Assembly: GCF_048593235.1 (NCBI RefSeq)
Contig: NC_133617.1
Coordinates: forward strand, 168,414,937-168,478,936
Direction of reading: 5' to 3'
Origin: Sminthopsis crassicaudata
Taxonomy: Eukaryota
Length of the DNA stretch: 64,000 bases
This document shows positions 27,269 to 40,610 of the stretch, piece after piece. Positions within the stretch are counted from its first letter, which is position 1, and each line of letters starts with the position of its first letter. Position numbers and translations under genes: made by a program. The notes under the pieces are model-generated. The model was not told the origin of the DNA. It did no database searches and was given only the letters and a program-made list of their open reading frames with translations.

Positions 27269-28694
27269 AATATTTTTCTTCTCCAACTATCCCTTCTCTA
27301 ACATTTTTCTTTTTCTTCAAAATGAGCTGACACATGCCATCCTTCCTTTTCCTCTCTGACTTTTACTACTCACAAACTCCAGTAATCATATACACATGCA
27401 TGTTATTTAATCTGCTTCTTTTTTCCTCTTTTTTTTCCAACTCTAATCCACTTACCTCTTCTCTCTTTTCCCTTTTCTCTTCTCTTTGCTCTCTCCTCCT
27501 TCATTCCATTTAGGAGCCAGCAGTGATTATTAAGCACAAAACCAATGTTAATGGCATTCTTCTAGTGGGAAAATAGCAATCCATGATTTTTAAGCATAAT
27601 TAGAACCAATACCGACTTTTAAGTAAGAAATTTCCTTCAGAATCTCCATAAAAGTTTTCATATACTTTTTTATGCTCCTTCAGTTAAACTTTTTTCCTCC
27701 CAAATAAGCATTCAAGATAGAAAAAAAAATTGTATCATCTTATGCCTAGTGGGTCCTGAACAGATATTTATAGATTTATCTGATTAAAACCATTACATAT
27801 CTTATTTTTTAAAGTTCCAAGATCCATAATTTCATAGAGTACTTCACTGACAAATAAGCACTCCTCTGTGATGTATTAGCATGAATTATAGTGACTTTAA
27901 AAAGTACATTACTTGGTGGCCACCCCCCTGGTGATGAGCCTTGGCAAATTTAGTTTGCCCAATCCTCTGATACGACAGATGCTTCAAGCCTGTCCTAGAA
28001 GTACAATTCTTAGAAGCTGCATAGACTTCCAAAACTTAAGATCAAAGAGATTCTTCTCTAAATTAAAATACTATCCTACTCTGCAATTTCACCAAGTTGG
28101 ATTGCAATAGGGATTTTAATTGGTGAGTGAACATAGAACAAGCTCTATTGATTAACAACTGACTAGCAAGATCCAATCACCAACTATTTAGAATAAAACT
28201 AGAAAGATTATTTCTATATTACTGCTATTTACTCATATTATTTCTGGATAAATTTCATCAATAGGAGAAATGGGATAAATTATCATTTAATATTTCTTCC
28301 CAGCTAAGCTTTCTTTGCTCATTGTACATGGAAACCATTTTTCCCCCTGTGCTTTCTAAAATTTTTGCTTTAGTATGAGATGTTCTCTCTTTCAATATTA
28401 GGCACAAAAGACACTGTAGTAAATGACTATAGTAATCGTTTGTTTGCTAAACCCAAAGCCTCTAGCTTCAATTTTGCTTTGCAATTCAAATCAGGGTCTT
28501 TCTATGGTCATTTGTCATGTACCATTATAACCAAACTGTTGCCAGTTACTGATTTTTAAAAATTACACATGAAAATGGAAGACAAATACCAGATGCTGTT
28601 TTTACTTTAAATTTTATGAAAGTCATTTTCCTCCAAAAACATCAGAAATCATTATCCTACATAGATGATAATCTTGTTGAGGACAAAGACTGTA

Positions 28695-28900
28695 CACTAA
28701 AGAAGCTGAATGGCACAGTGGTTAGATTTGGAATGAGGAAGACCTAAATTCAAATGCTGGCTCTGAAACTTGTTAGCTATGTGCTAACTATGTGGTCTTG
28801 AACAAATCATTTGCCCTCTGAAGTGCTTAATTTCTTTATCTGTAAGATGGTGAAAAGCACCCATCTCCCAGGGTTTTTGAGACCCTCAAATGAAATAATT
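28695..28900 (+). mobile_element. MIR-type SINE
   Basis: ggaagacctaaattcaaatgctggctctgaaacttgttagct...atctgtaagatgg...gtttttgagaccctcaaatga. Confidence 0.65.
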
Positions 28901-28907
28901 GAGAACT

Positions 28908-31900
28908 TTTTTTTGTAAATAGTATTTTATTTTTCCAGTTGTAAAGATAATTTTCAAGATTCATTTTTATAAGATTTTGAATTTCAAATATTTTTCTCCT
29001 TTCCCTTCCTAAGATGGCAATCTGATATGTTATACATATAGAATCATGTTCTATATTAGTCATGACTATATTGGTCAACATGAAAAAAGTAACAGAACAA
29101 AAGGGAAAAGTTACCCCCCAAAATAAAAATAGTATGCTTCAATCTGCATTCAGACTCCATAGTTTTGTTTTTTTCCTGTGAATGTGGATAGCATTTTTCA
29201 TTATGAGTCTTTTGTATTGTCTTAGATCATTTTATTGCTGAGAAGAGATAAATCAATCACATTGTACAATGCTGCTGTTACTGTATACAATGTTCTTCTG
29301 GTTCTCTTCATCTTTTTTTTTTAAATTTTTAATAGTTTTTATTTACCAGATATATGCATGGGTAATTTTACAACATTGACAATTGCCAAACCTTTTGTTC
29401 TAATTTTATCCCTCCCGCCCCCCAATGGCAGGTTGACCAATATATGTTAAATATGTTAAAGTATAAATTAAATACAATATATGTATGCATGTCCAAGCAG
29501 TTGTTTTGCTGTACAAAAAGAATTGGACTTTGAAATAATGTACAATTAGCCTGTGAAGGAAATAAAAAATGCAGGGGATCGGACAAAAATAGAGGGATTG
29601 GGAATTCTATGTAGTTGTTCATTGTCATCTCCCAGAGTTCTTTAGCTGGGTGTAGCTGGTTCTGTTCATTACTGCTCTATTGGAATTGATTTGATTCATC
29701 TCATTGTTGAAGATGGCCACATCTATCAGAATTGGTCATTACACAGTACTTCAACACAATTTTTAAAGATACTTTGATAAAAAAACAAAGACATAGCTGA
29801 CTTCTGAGTACAAAAGATCTCAGTTAATATCTTGACTGGTAATGATTGATTGTATGACCTTAAACATGGCATTATTCTCTCAGTATCTTATGTGTTTCTA
29901 TTATATCAGATACATAGCCAATAATATTCATTCTTTTTTTAATTAATAATTTTTTATTATATATATATTTTATAATATTATCCCTTGTATTCATTTTTCC
30001 AAATTATTCCCCCCTCCCTCTATTCCCTCCCCCCGATGACAGGCAATCCCATAGGTTCTCTTCATCTTTACTCAGCATCAGTTCATGTAAGTCTTTCCAA
30101 ATTTTTCTAAAATGTGCCTGCTTATCATTTCTTATAGCACAATAGTCTTCCATTTTATTCATATGCCACAATTTGTACAGCCATTCCCCAATTGATGGGC
30201 ATCCCCTCAATTTCCAATTCTTTCCCACCATGAAAAGAATTACTACAAATATTTTTGTACATATAGATCATTTTCTTTTTTAATGATCTTTTTGTGATAC
30301 AGACCTAATAGTGGATCCATTGCTGAATGGAAGAGTATGTAGAGCTCTACAAAATAATTTTTAGTAGTTTGATTAATATGGCACTGAATAAACAAATAGG
30401 TAGAATTGTAATTTTTATTATATTATTTCAGCCTATCCATATGCAACTGATATTTTCACAGTTTTTTACATCTGACTTATGTGGGCTTATTTTATATCCT
30501 GCAACTTTGCTAAACTTAATTGTTTCAAATAGTTTTTAGTTGATTCTTTAAGATTATCTAATTGTACCATCATATCATGTGCAAAGAGTGAAAGATTTAT
30601 TTTTTCATTGCCCATTCTAATTTCTTCAATTTTTTTCTTCTCTTTTTGATAAAGCCAACATTTCTAGTACAATACTGAATATAATAGTGGTGATATTGTG
30701 CATTTTGTTTCACCTCATTGGTAAGGCTTCTAGCATATCTCCATTTCAAACAGTTGCTGATGGTTTTCAATAGATAATACTGATCATTTTAAGGAAAGAT
30801 TGATTTATTCCTATATGCTCTAGTGTTTTTCAATAGGAATGAGTGCTGTATTTTATCCAAAGCTTTTTCTGCATCTGTTGAGATAATTTTAGACCAATTT
30901 CACTAATGAATATTGATGCAAAAATTTTAAATGAAATATCAGCAAAAATATTTATTTGTTTAGAAAATGTATCACAACGATAATACACTATGACCAGATG
31001 GAATTTATACTAAGAATGTAGGGATAGTTTAATATAAGTTTATCTAATTTTTTCATAAAACCAGTTTTTAGTTTTATTTGTTAGTTCAGTAGTTTTCTTA
31101 TTTTGAATTATATTAATCTCTCCTTTGGTTTTCCTAATTTCTAATCTAGTATTTAATTGAGGATTTAAAATCTTTTCTATCTTTTTAATTGCATGCCCAA
31201 TTCAGTGTTCTGCTCTTTTTCTATTTTATTCATGTTAGCATTTAGGGATATGGAATTTCCTTTAAATACTGGTTTGACTTCATCCCATAAATTTTGGTAT
31301 GTTTTCTCCTTATTGTCATTATTTTTGATGGAATTATTGATTGTTTCTATAATTTAATGTTTGACTCACTCATTCTTTAGGATAAAATTAATTTCCAATT
31401 AATTTAATCTTTCTTTCCATGTCCCTTTATTATATGTAATTTTTATTGCATCATGATGCAATAAGGGGTGCATTTAATATTTATGCTTTTATTCATTTGA
31501 TTGGAAGGTTTTTATACCTTAATACATGCCCAATTTTTATATAGGTGCCATTTACCACTGAGAAAAAAGGTATATTCTTTTCTATCCCTTCCCCCCAATT
31601 TAATTTTCTTTAAGGGTCTATCATATCTAACCTTTCCAAAATTCTATTCATCTCTTTAAATTCTTTCTTGTTTATTTTGTAGTTAGATTTATCTAGTTCC
31701 AAGAGAGTGAGGGTGAGGTTCCTTAGTAGTATAGTTTTGCTGCCTTTTTCTTATAAGTTCTCCTCTAGGAATTTGGATTCAATACCACTTGGTATTTTAC
31801 ATATATGTTTAGTATTGATATTACTTCATTGTCTATAAAACATGTATTTTCTTTCTTTGTTTCTTTTAATTAGATCTGTTTTTGCTTTTGCTTTGTCTGA

Positions 31901-34193
31901 GATCAGAATTGCAACCCCTCCTTTTTAAAAATTTCAGCTGAATGTAATATAGTCTGCTTCAGCCTTTTACCTTTGCTTTGTGTTTCTCTCTGTGTTTTTA
32001 AATATGTTCCTTGTAAACCACATACTGTAGCATTCATTCTGCTATTTGCTTTCATTTTTTGGTAGAGGTCATCCCATTTACATAGTTAAGATTACTAATT
32101 GTGTATTTACTTTCCTCCTGTTTTTCCCCTTTATATGTATATTTTTCCCTCTTTTAACCCTGTCCCTCCTTACCAGAATTTTGCTTCTGACCCCCAACTT
32201 CCCTTAATCTTTTCTTGCTCCTATAAGCTACCCTATTTCCCCCTTTTCCCCTTCTACTTCTTTCCTCCCTTCTATCAACCACTTCTCTTTTTTTCCTCCT
32301 TTCTCCTCCTGCTTCTTAATAGAGAAGATTAATTTCTCTACCCAACTCATTATGTATGTTATTCCTTCTTTGAGCTAAATCTGATGAGAATTAGAATAAT
32401 ACCCACCCCTCCCTTCTTTCCCTCTATCATAATAGATCTTTCATGTCTCTTCACATAATATAATTTACCCCATTCTGCCTCCCCCTTCTTCTTCTCCCAG
32501 TATAATCCTTTTTTGCCCCTTAATTAATTTTTTAAACCATCATATTAAAGTCTGAGTAAACTCCTTCTATCTGCTCTAGTAGAGTTACAATTCTTAAGAG
32601 TTACAAGTCTCATCTTCCTATATAGGGATGTAAAGAGTTTATTTTTATTAAATATTTTCCCCATTTACCTTTTCATGCTTTTCTTGAGTCTTGTATTTGA
32701 AGATCAAGTTTTCTGTTCAGTTCTAATCTTTTCATCAAAAAAGTTTGAAAGTTCTCTATTTAATTGAATATCCAGCTTTTCTCCTGAAAGAGTATGCTCA
32801 ATTTTTCTGGGTAGTTGATTCTTGGTTATAACCCAAGCTCCTTTGCCTTCTGGAATATCATATTCTAGGATCTCTGATCCTTTAATGTGGAAGCTACCAG
32901 GTCCTGGATAATCCTGACTGTGATTCCTCGATATTTGAATTGTTTATTTGGGACTGCTTGCAGTATTTTGTTTTTGACCTGATAGTTCTGGAATTTGGTT
33001 ACAAAATTTCTTGCTTTTTTCATTTGGGGATCTCTTCCAGGATATGATTGGTGCATTCTTTCAATGAATCCTTTGGTTCTAGGACATCAAGGCAGTTTTC
33101 CTTTATAATTTCTTAAAAGATGCTGAAAGGCTCTTTTATTTTCATGGCTTTCAGGTAGTCCAATAATTTTAAAATTATCTTTCCTGGATCTATTTTCTAA
33201 GTTAGTTGTTTTTCCAATGAGGTATTTTATGTTTTTTCCTATTTTTTTTCATTCTTTTGATTTTGTTTGACTGATTCTTGATGTCTCATTGAGTCATTAG
33301 CTTTTACTTGTCATTTTTAAGGAATTATTTTCTTCAGCTAACTTTTATACTTTCTTCCCATTTGATCAATTTTACTTTTAAATGACTTGTCTTCTTCGGT
33401 TAATTTTTGTACTTCCTTTTCCAAGTTATTGACTCTCTCTGTGTAACTTTTTTATTTCCTTTCCCAATTTTTTTTCTTTTCCCTTTCTTACTTGATTTGT
33501 AAAATCATTTTTGAATTTTTCATGATGACTTTCTGGGCTTGAAACCAATTCATATTTCCCTTTGATGCTTCACATGCAGGCATTTTGACATTGTTGTTTT
33601 CTTCTAAGTTTGGATTTTAATTTGTCTTGTCACCATAATAGCTTTCTATGTTTAGGATTCTCTTTTGGTTCTTTAACTCATTTTTAAAAGTTTAACTCTA
33701 TTCCTGGGGTACAGGGAGCACTATCACCAGCTTTTTGCATTGGATGCCAAGGAGCTCTCTATGCCAGGGACTTTGGGACTGGCAGATTGGTCAATGCTAA
33801 GATGGGCCAGTCTGGTTGTACCTGTTGTGCTTTGGGTTCTGGGACTTGCCATTTGCTTGCTTGGAGTTTGAAACTTCATGGCTTGTATGCTGTTTCACTG
33901 ACCTGCTTGGTTAGAACTGCAGGGCTTTGATTGCTTATCTGTGCTATGGCTAAGAACCTCCTGCTGGATTGCCCAGATACCACCTGCATTGGCCTGACCT
34001 CCTCTTTTAGCCAAGTGAGAAAGACTTTTCCTGAAGTTCTTCTAAATATCTTGGGCTGAAAAATTATTTCATTCTGACTGTTTATGGACTCTGTCATTCC
34101 AGAATTCTTTTAGAAACTTGGTTTAATTTCTGAGAGAAACTGGGGAGAAATCAGGCAACTTCTTGGTTTCTCTCTGCTATCTTGACTCCATCC
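28908..34193 (-). mobile_element. Near-full-span old L1 (5'UTR, ORF1, ORF2, 3'UTR) with large internal deletions, an internal inversion and a nested composite insertion
   Basis: 5' end ggatggagtcaagatagcagag (decayed GGCGGAGCCAAGATGGCGGAG) at ~34170-34193; ORF1 remnant HQSYPGRDPQMKKARNFVTKFQNYQVKNKILQA...QFKYRG (32865-33056); reverse RT sequence at ~30540-30885; C-terminus KNWKLRGCPSIGEWLYKLW at ~30100-30230; 3'UTR to ~28908. Confidence 0.9.
29316..30053 (-). mobile_element. Composite retroinsertion (L1 3' end B + ~175-bp unique sequence + L1 3'UTR A) inside a 16-bp TSD
   Basis: Identical ggttctcttcatcttt at 29300-29315 and 30054-30069; removing the insert restores the host L1 sequence. Confidence 0.85.
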
Positions 34194-36571
34194 TTTCTTA
34201 ACAGAGAATTCTTAATATCATTATAAATAAACATGAGATACTCATCTCCATCGATATTCTTATTGCAAGAGAAAAAACTTACAAAAGTGAAGGTATGAAT
34301 TTCAAAGACATTAATAAACAAAGAAAATAAAAACTATTTTGTAATACTTTCTTCTATTGAAACATTGGCATTCACTTTTGGTAACATTTCAGATTTTAGC
34401 CTTGTGAAGCACTAATAAAAATAGTGCTCTTCAAAGCTTAAAGGGATATATAAATGCCTACTAATATTTGGAACTAAAGATTGAATTTCTCTAAAAAAGC
34501 AATATTATGAGTGGTGATTAGATTCCCTAGGGTAGCTTGCAAAAAAAGCTTATTAAACTTATGTTGTCGCTAAAAATTTATCCATTTGCAAAAAGCACTA
34601 CTTTCTCAAATAGATCAAGCTTTTGTGATTTGTTAATATAGACACATGTTCTACTTAGATCTTATATATTACTTAATAAATGACTTAAAAGGAAACTGTA
34701 TTAACTAAAAAAAAAATACAAAAACACTTTTCCATCCATTCTATTCTGATACTTCAGAGTAACGTGGAGGTGACCCTGGTTTCTTGAAGATTATGCCAGT
34801 AGAGCCCAAGTTTCTGGCAGGTGTTAATAAGCTGGAAAGGCTTTAAGTACAAGCCTGCTGACAGACCATATGTCTATCATCTGAAGACTCGCCTAAAAAA
34901 TTTGAGGAAATTTACCACAAGAGGACTGGTATCAGATGAGGATTTATTTTGCCCATAGAAATATATGAAGTTTCACTTATAGAAGTGCAGAAGGTTTTCA
35001 GTCAGGGTTGGGGGAGTAAAAATCCATGTGAAATATTAATATATAATGCTGATATTGATGTTATTTATATCTGATACCATAAATGGAAATGTTATTCCCA
35101 AAGTTTATTGTATATACAGAAATTTTCTGTTTATCCAATTTTGGGACAGTATGGTGCAACAAGTAAAGCAGTATTGGAGATATTCCTTCTCAAATTTATT
35201 AATAAGGTCCAAACTCCAGTATTTCTTTAAGTAGCATAGCTATAACTTGTTTCCAGGTTGATTTTTTTGTTCTGATAAATGATATGTTTTTTCAAACATT
35301 TCTTAAGCTTAAATATCAGCTCCCCAGAAAAGCTTATGCTGAATGTATTATAGATAAGTCAATATGTTTTACTATAAAGGATATAAATATATTCAATATA
35401 TGCATATTTATTGTTCATGTTCACACAATGATTTTTGGATTTGTAATTGGACTATTTCCCTCAAAAAAATTTTAAAATAGCACAAAATAGATCAAATCCA
35501 TAGTTTAGACTAAGTTTTCTGCTGATTTTTCTCAAAAAGGACCAAGAATTTAAATGGATTACATAACAATTCTTTCTAGTTCTTATCAGCATAGAAGTGT
35601 AAACACAAGCCTTCATGCAGATTTTTTTAAAAAAATCTTGTTTTCTTTCTTTGTCTCTCTGCCTTTGTCTCTGTAGCAAGATTATTTTTATTTTGCTCTC
35701 CAAAGATATTTTATACCTGGCACCACTTAAAGAAGCTACTATTGTGTTTGGGAAGAAAACAAAATTTATTGTAGCATCCCTTCCAGAATCACAGTATTAA
35801 TCCTCCTGCTACCACTCAGAAGATTTCACCACTTGCCTTACTAAGTTGGAGAGTTTTCCAAACTGCTAGCAGCTGGAGGCAGTAACTGACATTTTTATGT
35901 AAGTCACACATTTTCAACTCATTTTCTTCATACTGGCTGGAGGAAGTCCTTTATTGTGGTGGGCAGACAGGCATTTTTTTAGATGTTCACTCCACAATAA
36001 ACCATGTATAGTTATAATTTAAGTCTCCTGGACTGTGCCCCTAAGAAGGAGAACTTGTAGCTTTCTTTGTTATAGCCACAATATCTGAAACATTCTTAAA
36101 TGGGTATACTGAAACAAATAATTCACATTAAACACATATTCAGTCCTATGTTCCTTTTATATAAAACTTTCAGAAGTGAGCAGGAGTTGAAATAAACAAA
36201 CCTCTGATTTAAATGATTTTAGATTACTAGTCAAGGGTAATGAACTTAAACCCCAACCACACTTATTTATAGACCCTTTGATAATCTTGGGAGAAGGAAA
36301 GGCTAAAGGATTTAAATCTTACAAAAGTAAGGTTCTTGGTGAGATGATTTTTGCTTCCTATGAGAAGCAAATGTAAGTTGGCAGACAGTTCTTTTCAGAT
36401 CTGAAAAGAGGCACACCATAACCAACCTTGGGTAAGATAAAAGGACGTGAATAATTAGAGGAAAAACAAGATCAATGATGACAAGAATGAGTTATAAAAA
36501 TTGGTTGGAAAAGAGGAGAGCTAGAAAAAACCCCAGCTGGGATGTGAAATGAAATTTTATGTACATATATA

Positions 36572-36820
36572 TTTTGCTGTTCAGTTTTTTTTTTAATTAT
36601 GTCTGATTCTTTGTGATTCCATTTGAGGTTTTCTTGGCAAAGATACTAGTGTGATTTGCCATTTCCTTCTCCATCTCATTCTGTAGAGGAGGAAACTGAG
36701 GGAAAGAGGGTTAAATATGTCCACATCTCACAGCTAGTGAGTGTCAGGGATCAGATTTGAACTCAGAAATATGAGTCTTCCCAGCCTGACACTCTATATA
36801 CTGCACCACCTAGTTATCCA
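36572..36820 (-). mobile_element. Mar1-type CORE-SINE with RTE tail; possible 10-bp TSD
   Basis: Reverse tail ttttcttggcaaagatactagtgtgatttgccatttccttctcc, CORE and tRNA head; acatatatat (36563-36572) / acatatctat (36821-36830). Confidence 0.8.
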
Positions 36821-38718
36821 ACATATCTATACACACATGTATGTGTGATTACATGTGTACATATGTATTTATACATAGATACAAGCACTTGTATACATGT
36901 ACATATATGTGAATTATGGGTTCACACATATATGTATATACTCATGCCGCACATATAATGTTTCTTCCATATGGACTGTCTTTCCTCTGCCATCCATTGA
37001 AATCCTACTCTGCATTCAAAATACAGTTCAGATTATTTCTTCTTCATGAAACTTTTTCTAATTGCTTCATCATTTGACCTTCAATGGCATAATTTATAGT
37101 TTTTCTCTAGAATACATTGTTTTCCTGACTTAACAAGACATTGGTATGCAAGTTTTATCTCATCAAAAAAACAGTAAAGTCCATGAAAACAAAGCTTGAT
37201 TGTGTGCTATTTAAGCTTCCACAGCCTCTATACAATACTCTGCACTTAGTAGTTCATTTGAATAAATTCAATATGTTTTATATAATTAAATGGAATTATA
37301 TTAACTGTGTGAAGAATACTAATCTGCATATCATGAGGACTGTGAGGAAATTTTTATGATCTGGGTATCATGTGGAGATTACTTATTTACAATTTCATCC
37401 TTCAGATTCAGCAGGTGAAAGTGATCCAGATGAAACTGAAGCTTGGATGTGCAGGATATCATGACATATTACTCTATTATCTGTCTTATCATTCACCATT
37501 ATGGGGCCAGAGTTCATCTAGGTCAGTTTACATGCTAATGTTTCAGGATCGTATGCATGTTACTTTCATTTTTATATATATTTGGAATGTAGGATTTGAT
37601 TTGTAGAGCTCAAAAAAATGAGGGAAAAGAAAAGAAAAAAAGAAACAGAAACAATGAACTAATTTAGAAAAGTTTGCCCTTTTCCTGCTGAAGATATTAT
37701 TGGGGAAATTAACTAACAATGCTATACAGTGATGTTACATCAATTATTTGAACTATGGATTTGTTCTGGAAAGTCAAGTTTTATGTAACTGCATTTTTTC
37801 ATCAATTGCAATTTTATTCCACAAATCAGCATCCAAATGAAAATTATCTTTCAATACCAAAAGTTTATTTTTCCATCTTCCTATTAGAGTCAAGAGAATA
37901 AAGCAAGATTCAACCAAAAGCAGAAGCTGTATATCTTTCTTAGTAAAATTATCCTAAATTGGAAAGCATTATCCAGTCATTTTGTCAGATGGGCAGATGC
38001 ATTCCAGAGCTGTTTCTAGCCATCTGGGGATATGTAATTATAAAAGTGAGCTTTCATGGTTCTGGTGAGTTGGGTTTTATTTTAAATTTATTCTTTTTTA
38101 TTCCTTTAGGTTTACACTAGATGGTTTAAGAGAAGTATAGTAATGCAGCACAAATATTTTTATTTTGATGCACTAATTCCAGTCCAATTCAGATTTGTAA
38201 TGATTTGAAAAATAAGTTAAAGTGATCTGGTGACCTTCATTGATTTCACAGGTCAGTAACTTTCAAGAAAAGCATTTCCTGTAGACAGAAAATCTCGAGA
38301 ACATACTAGTAACAGCATACCTTGACTTGAGTTTCATTCATATTTTTTCATCTTCCCATCCTCCCCACAAAAAGTATATTTTATAGATATTTTCCACATA
38401 ACATTGTCAAAATGAGGGCTATTTGAAAATGTCTCAGTACATAATATAAAAGCCACAAATCATTTGGCAAATCTGAAAACAGTGAAAATCTTCCACCCTT
38501 CTTTACTCCTGGGCAAATCATACCCCTTCTGACTGGTAAGAAGAATTGAGGATAAGTAATCAGAAAACTATGTTATTCAATTCTGGGACAATGTCAGAAA
38601 ATCACAAATATTGCCTTCAGCTTGAGTTTAAATGACTTGCCTACAGTATACCTGACTGTTTAAGAACTTCTTTTCTTGTAAAATGAGGATAGTGGGACTA
38701 GATGATTTCTCAAATCCC

Positions 38719-38722
<4 letters not shown>

Positions 38723-38756
<34 letters not shown>
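38723..38756. repeat. (AT)17 microsatellite
   Basis: Perfect run. Confidence 0.97.
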
Positions 38757-38758
<2 letters not shown>

Positions 38759-38972
38759 ATATAGATGTGTATATATGTGTGTATGTGTGATCCTATATTG
38801 CTGTTTATCTCTGTGTTTAAATTTTCATAAGCAGAACTGTGGTATATACCTCCAAATTACCACATTGTTTCTATGAAGCTCTATATTTTTATTTCCCTTT
38901 GTAAATTTTTTTGAGATATCAGGTAGTGAGATTAGGGAGCATACATTTAAAGGCAGTATTTATTAAAGCTTT

Positions 38973-38986
38973 CCATTAGGTGGCAC
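38973..38986 (+). promoter_or_regulatory. Second, weaker candidate CTCF site
   Basis: CCATTAGGTGGCAC, one mismatch to CCASYAGRKGGCRS; adjacent CpG retained. Confidence 0.35.
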
Positions 38987-40394
38987 GCTGGTAGATTTTT
39001 GAAAGTTATCCAGTATAGTACTTCTTCTTAAGTACTGAGTCTGAGGAAATTAGGAGGGTTCTATTGAAAAATACTTTTCAGTTCAATCTGAATCATGCCT
39101 ATCTATCCTTTATTCTTGCTCCATAACCAGCCCATATCCTTTTCTGATCGTATATTTCATGATAATACATTTTACATTACTTCTTGAATACTTACATTTG
39201 AATCACCTATAGTTATTTTTTTGTATAACAACACTAGAAATATATTGGTTTCAAAAGTAAATTTTCAAGTCAGGAAACAGCTTGACAAAAATAAAAATGG
39301 CATATTTATCGAATTTATAGTTGACCAAAATTAGATAAGATACGTAAAACATTAGATGAAAGATGCAGGATCTAAAGAGGAATTCAGTGTGCTAGACAAG
39401 CCATGTATGAACTGAAGAGATGCAATAGGGTCAAGTGTTATATTTCTTGAAAATATCAGCTTTACAAGTTCAAAATGGCAAGAGTGTAAATGGAGCAAAT
39501 TTAATCTGCAAAAATTGAAGGTTTGTAGAATCAGTATCAATGATAAAGTGGCCAAAATACTAATTCAGTTTTAAAGTCATGAGGAGCATTGTCTCTCTGT
39601 TAGGGCAGTGATTGTCCCACTGCATTCTCTCCTTATGTCATCTAGAATATTGTGCATCCTGGTATAGATAGAATAAAAAAATCTTATTTGAGATGAACTT
39701 GTCTGTATTTAGCTAAGCTTGTCATCAAATAACAGACAAACTTTTTTTTTTTTTAATTGAAATTGTATTTGAAGCCTTTTCTATCAGGGATTTTTTTCAA
39801 GGAACTTGTCAATATTACTCCAACAATATGTTAATTAGAATTTAACACATGACTCTCTATGTAATCTGAGAACTTTAAAGGACTACCACTTCCCTATTCT
39901 GCCCACCATATTTTTGGTAATGGTACATAAATATTACATGAACTGTTTTGGCATCCATATCATTCCACCAACTCATATTAGGTTTACACTCAACTAAAAC
40001 CACTCATTTCTTTTTCGTATGAATTGCCATTTTATAATCTGTGGCTTCCACAATTGATTCCTAAACCAAAATGTAAGACTAGCTAGTTCTACCTATTAAT
40101 TTCTTTTTCTCAGATTTGTCTCAGTTTAGTCTATTGAGATCTTTTGGGATTTTCATGTTGTATATAACTCATTTCTTGTTTATTTATGTATTTCTTATCT
40201 TTTCTATTATTATAAGCTACTTAAGTGCAGGGACTGAGTGCTTCCCTGGATCTTTGCATAGAGAAACTAAATAAATATTTGGGATTAACTAAACATAAGG
40301 GATGCTAAATAAATGTTTGTGAAGTAAATGAATGAATTATTAAGTATTTAGGGACTGAGTTTCTAAACTTTGGTTTCTAGAAGTCTTTCCCAAT

Positions 40395-40610
40395 CCTCTG
40401 TAATCTTAGTGCCTTCTATCTGAGATGATCTCTGATATAATCTGTATATACTTATTTGTACATAGTTGTTTGCATTCTGTCTTCCCCATTAGACTGTGAG
40501 CATCTTAAGAACTGGTATTGATTTCTCTTTTTATTTTTGTTTTCGCCTTTCTTTGCATTCTTAGAACTTAGCATAGTGTCTAGCAAGTTAGAAGTGCTTA
40601 ATAAATGCCC
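40395..40610 (+). mobile_element. L2 3' end
   Basis: tgtcttccccattagactgtgagcatcttaag...cttagcatagtgtctagca...gtgcttaataaatgc. Confidence 0.75.

Noticed and set aside
27917-27935. tggccacccccctggtg as another CTCF site
   Set aside because: Lacks the conserved GGC of the core; weak match
32865-33056. 63-aa ORF with basic domain-like sequence
   Set aside because: Remnant of L1 ORF1p, not a host gene
36825-36960. Purine-pyrimidine alternating tract (also ~12380-12440) as Z-DNA
   Set aside because: Interrupted and AT-dominated; ordinary low-complexity sequence
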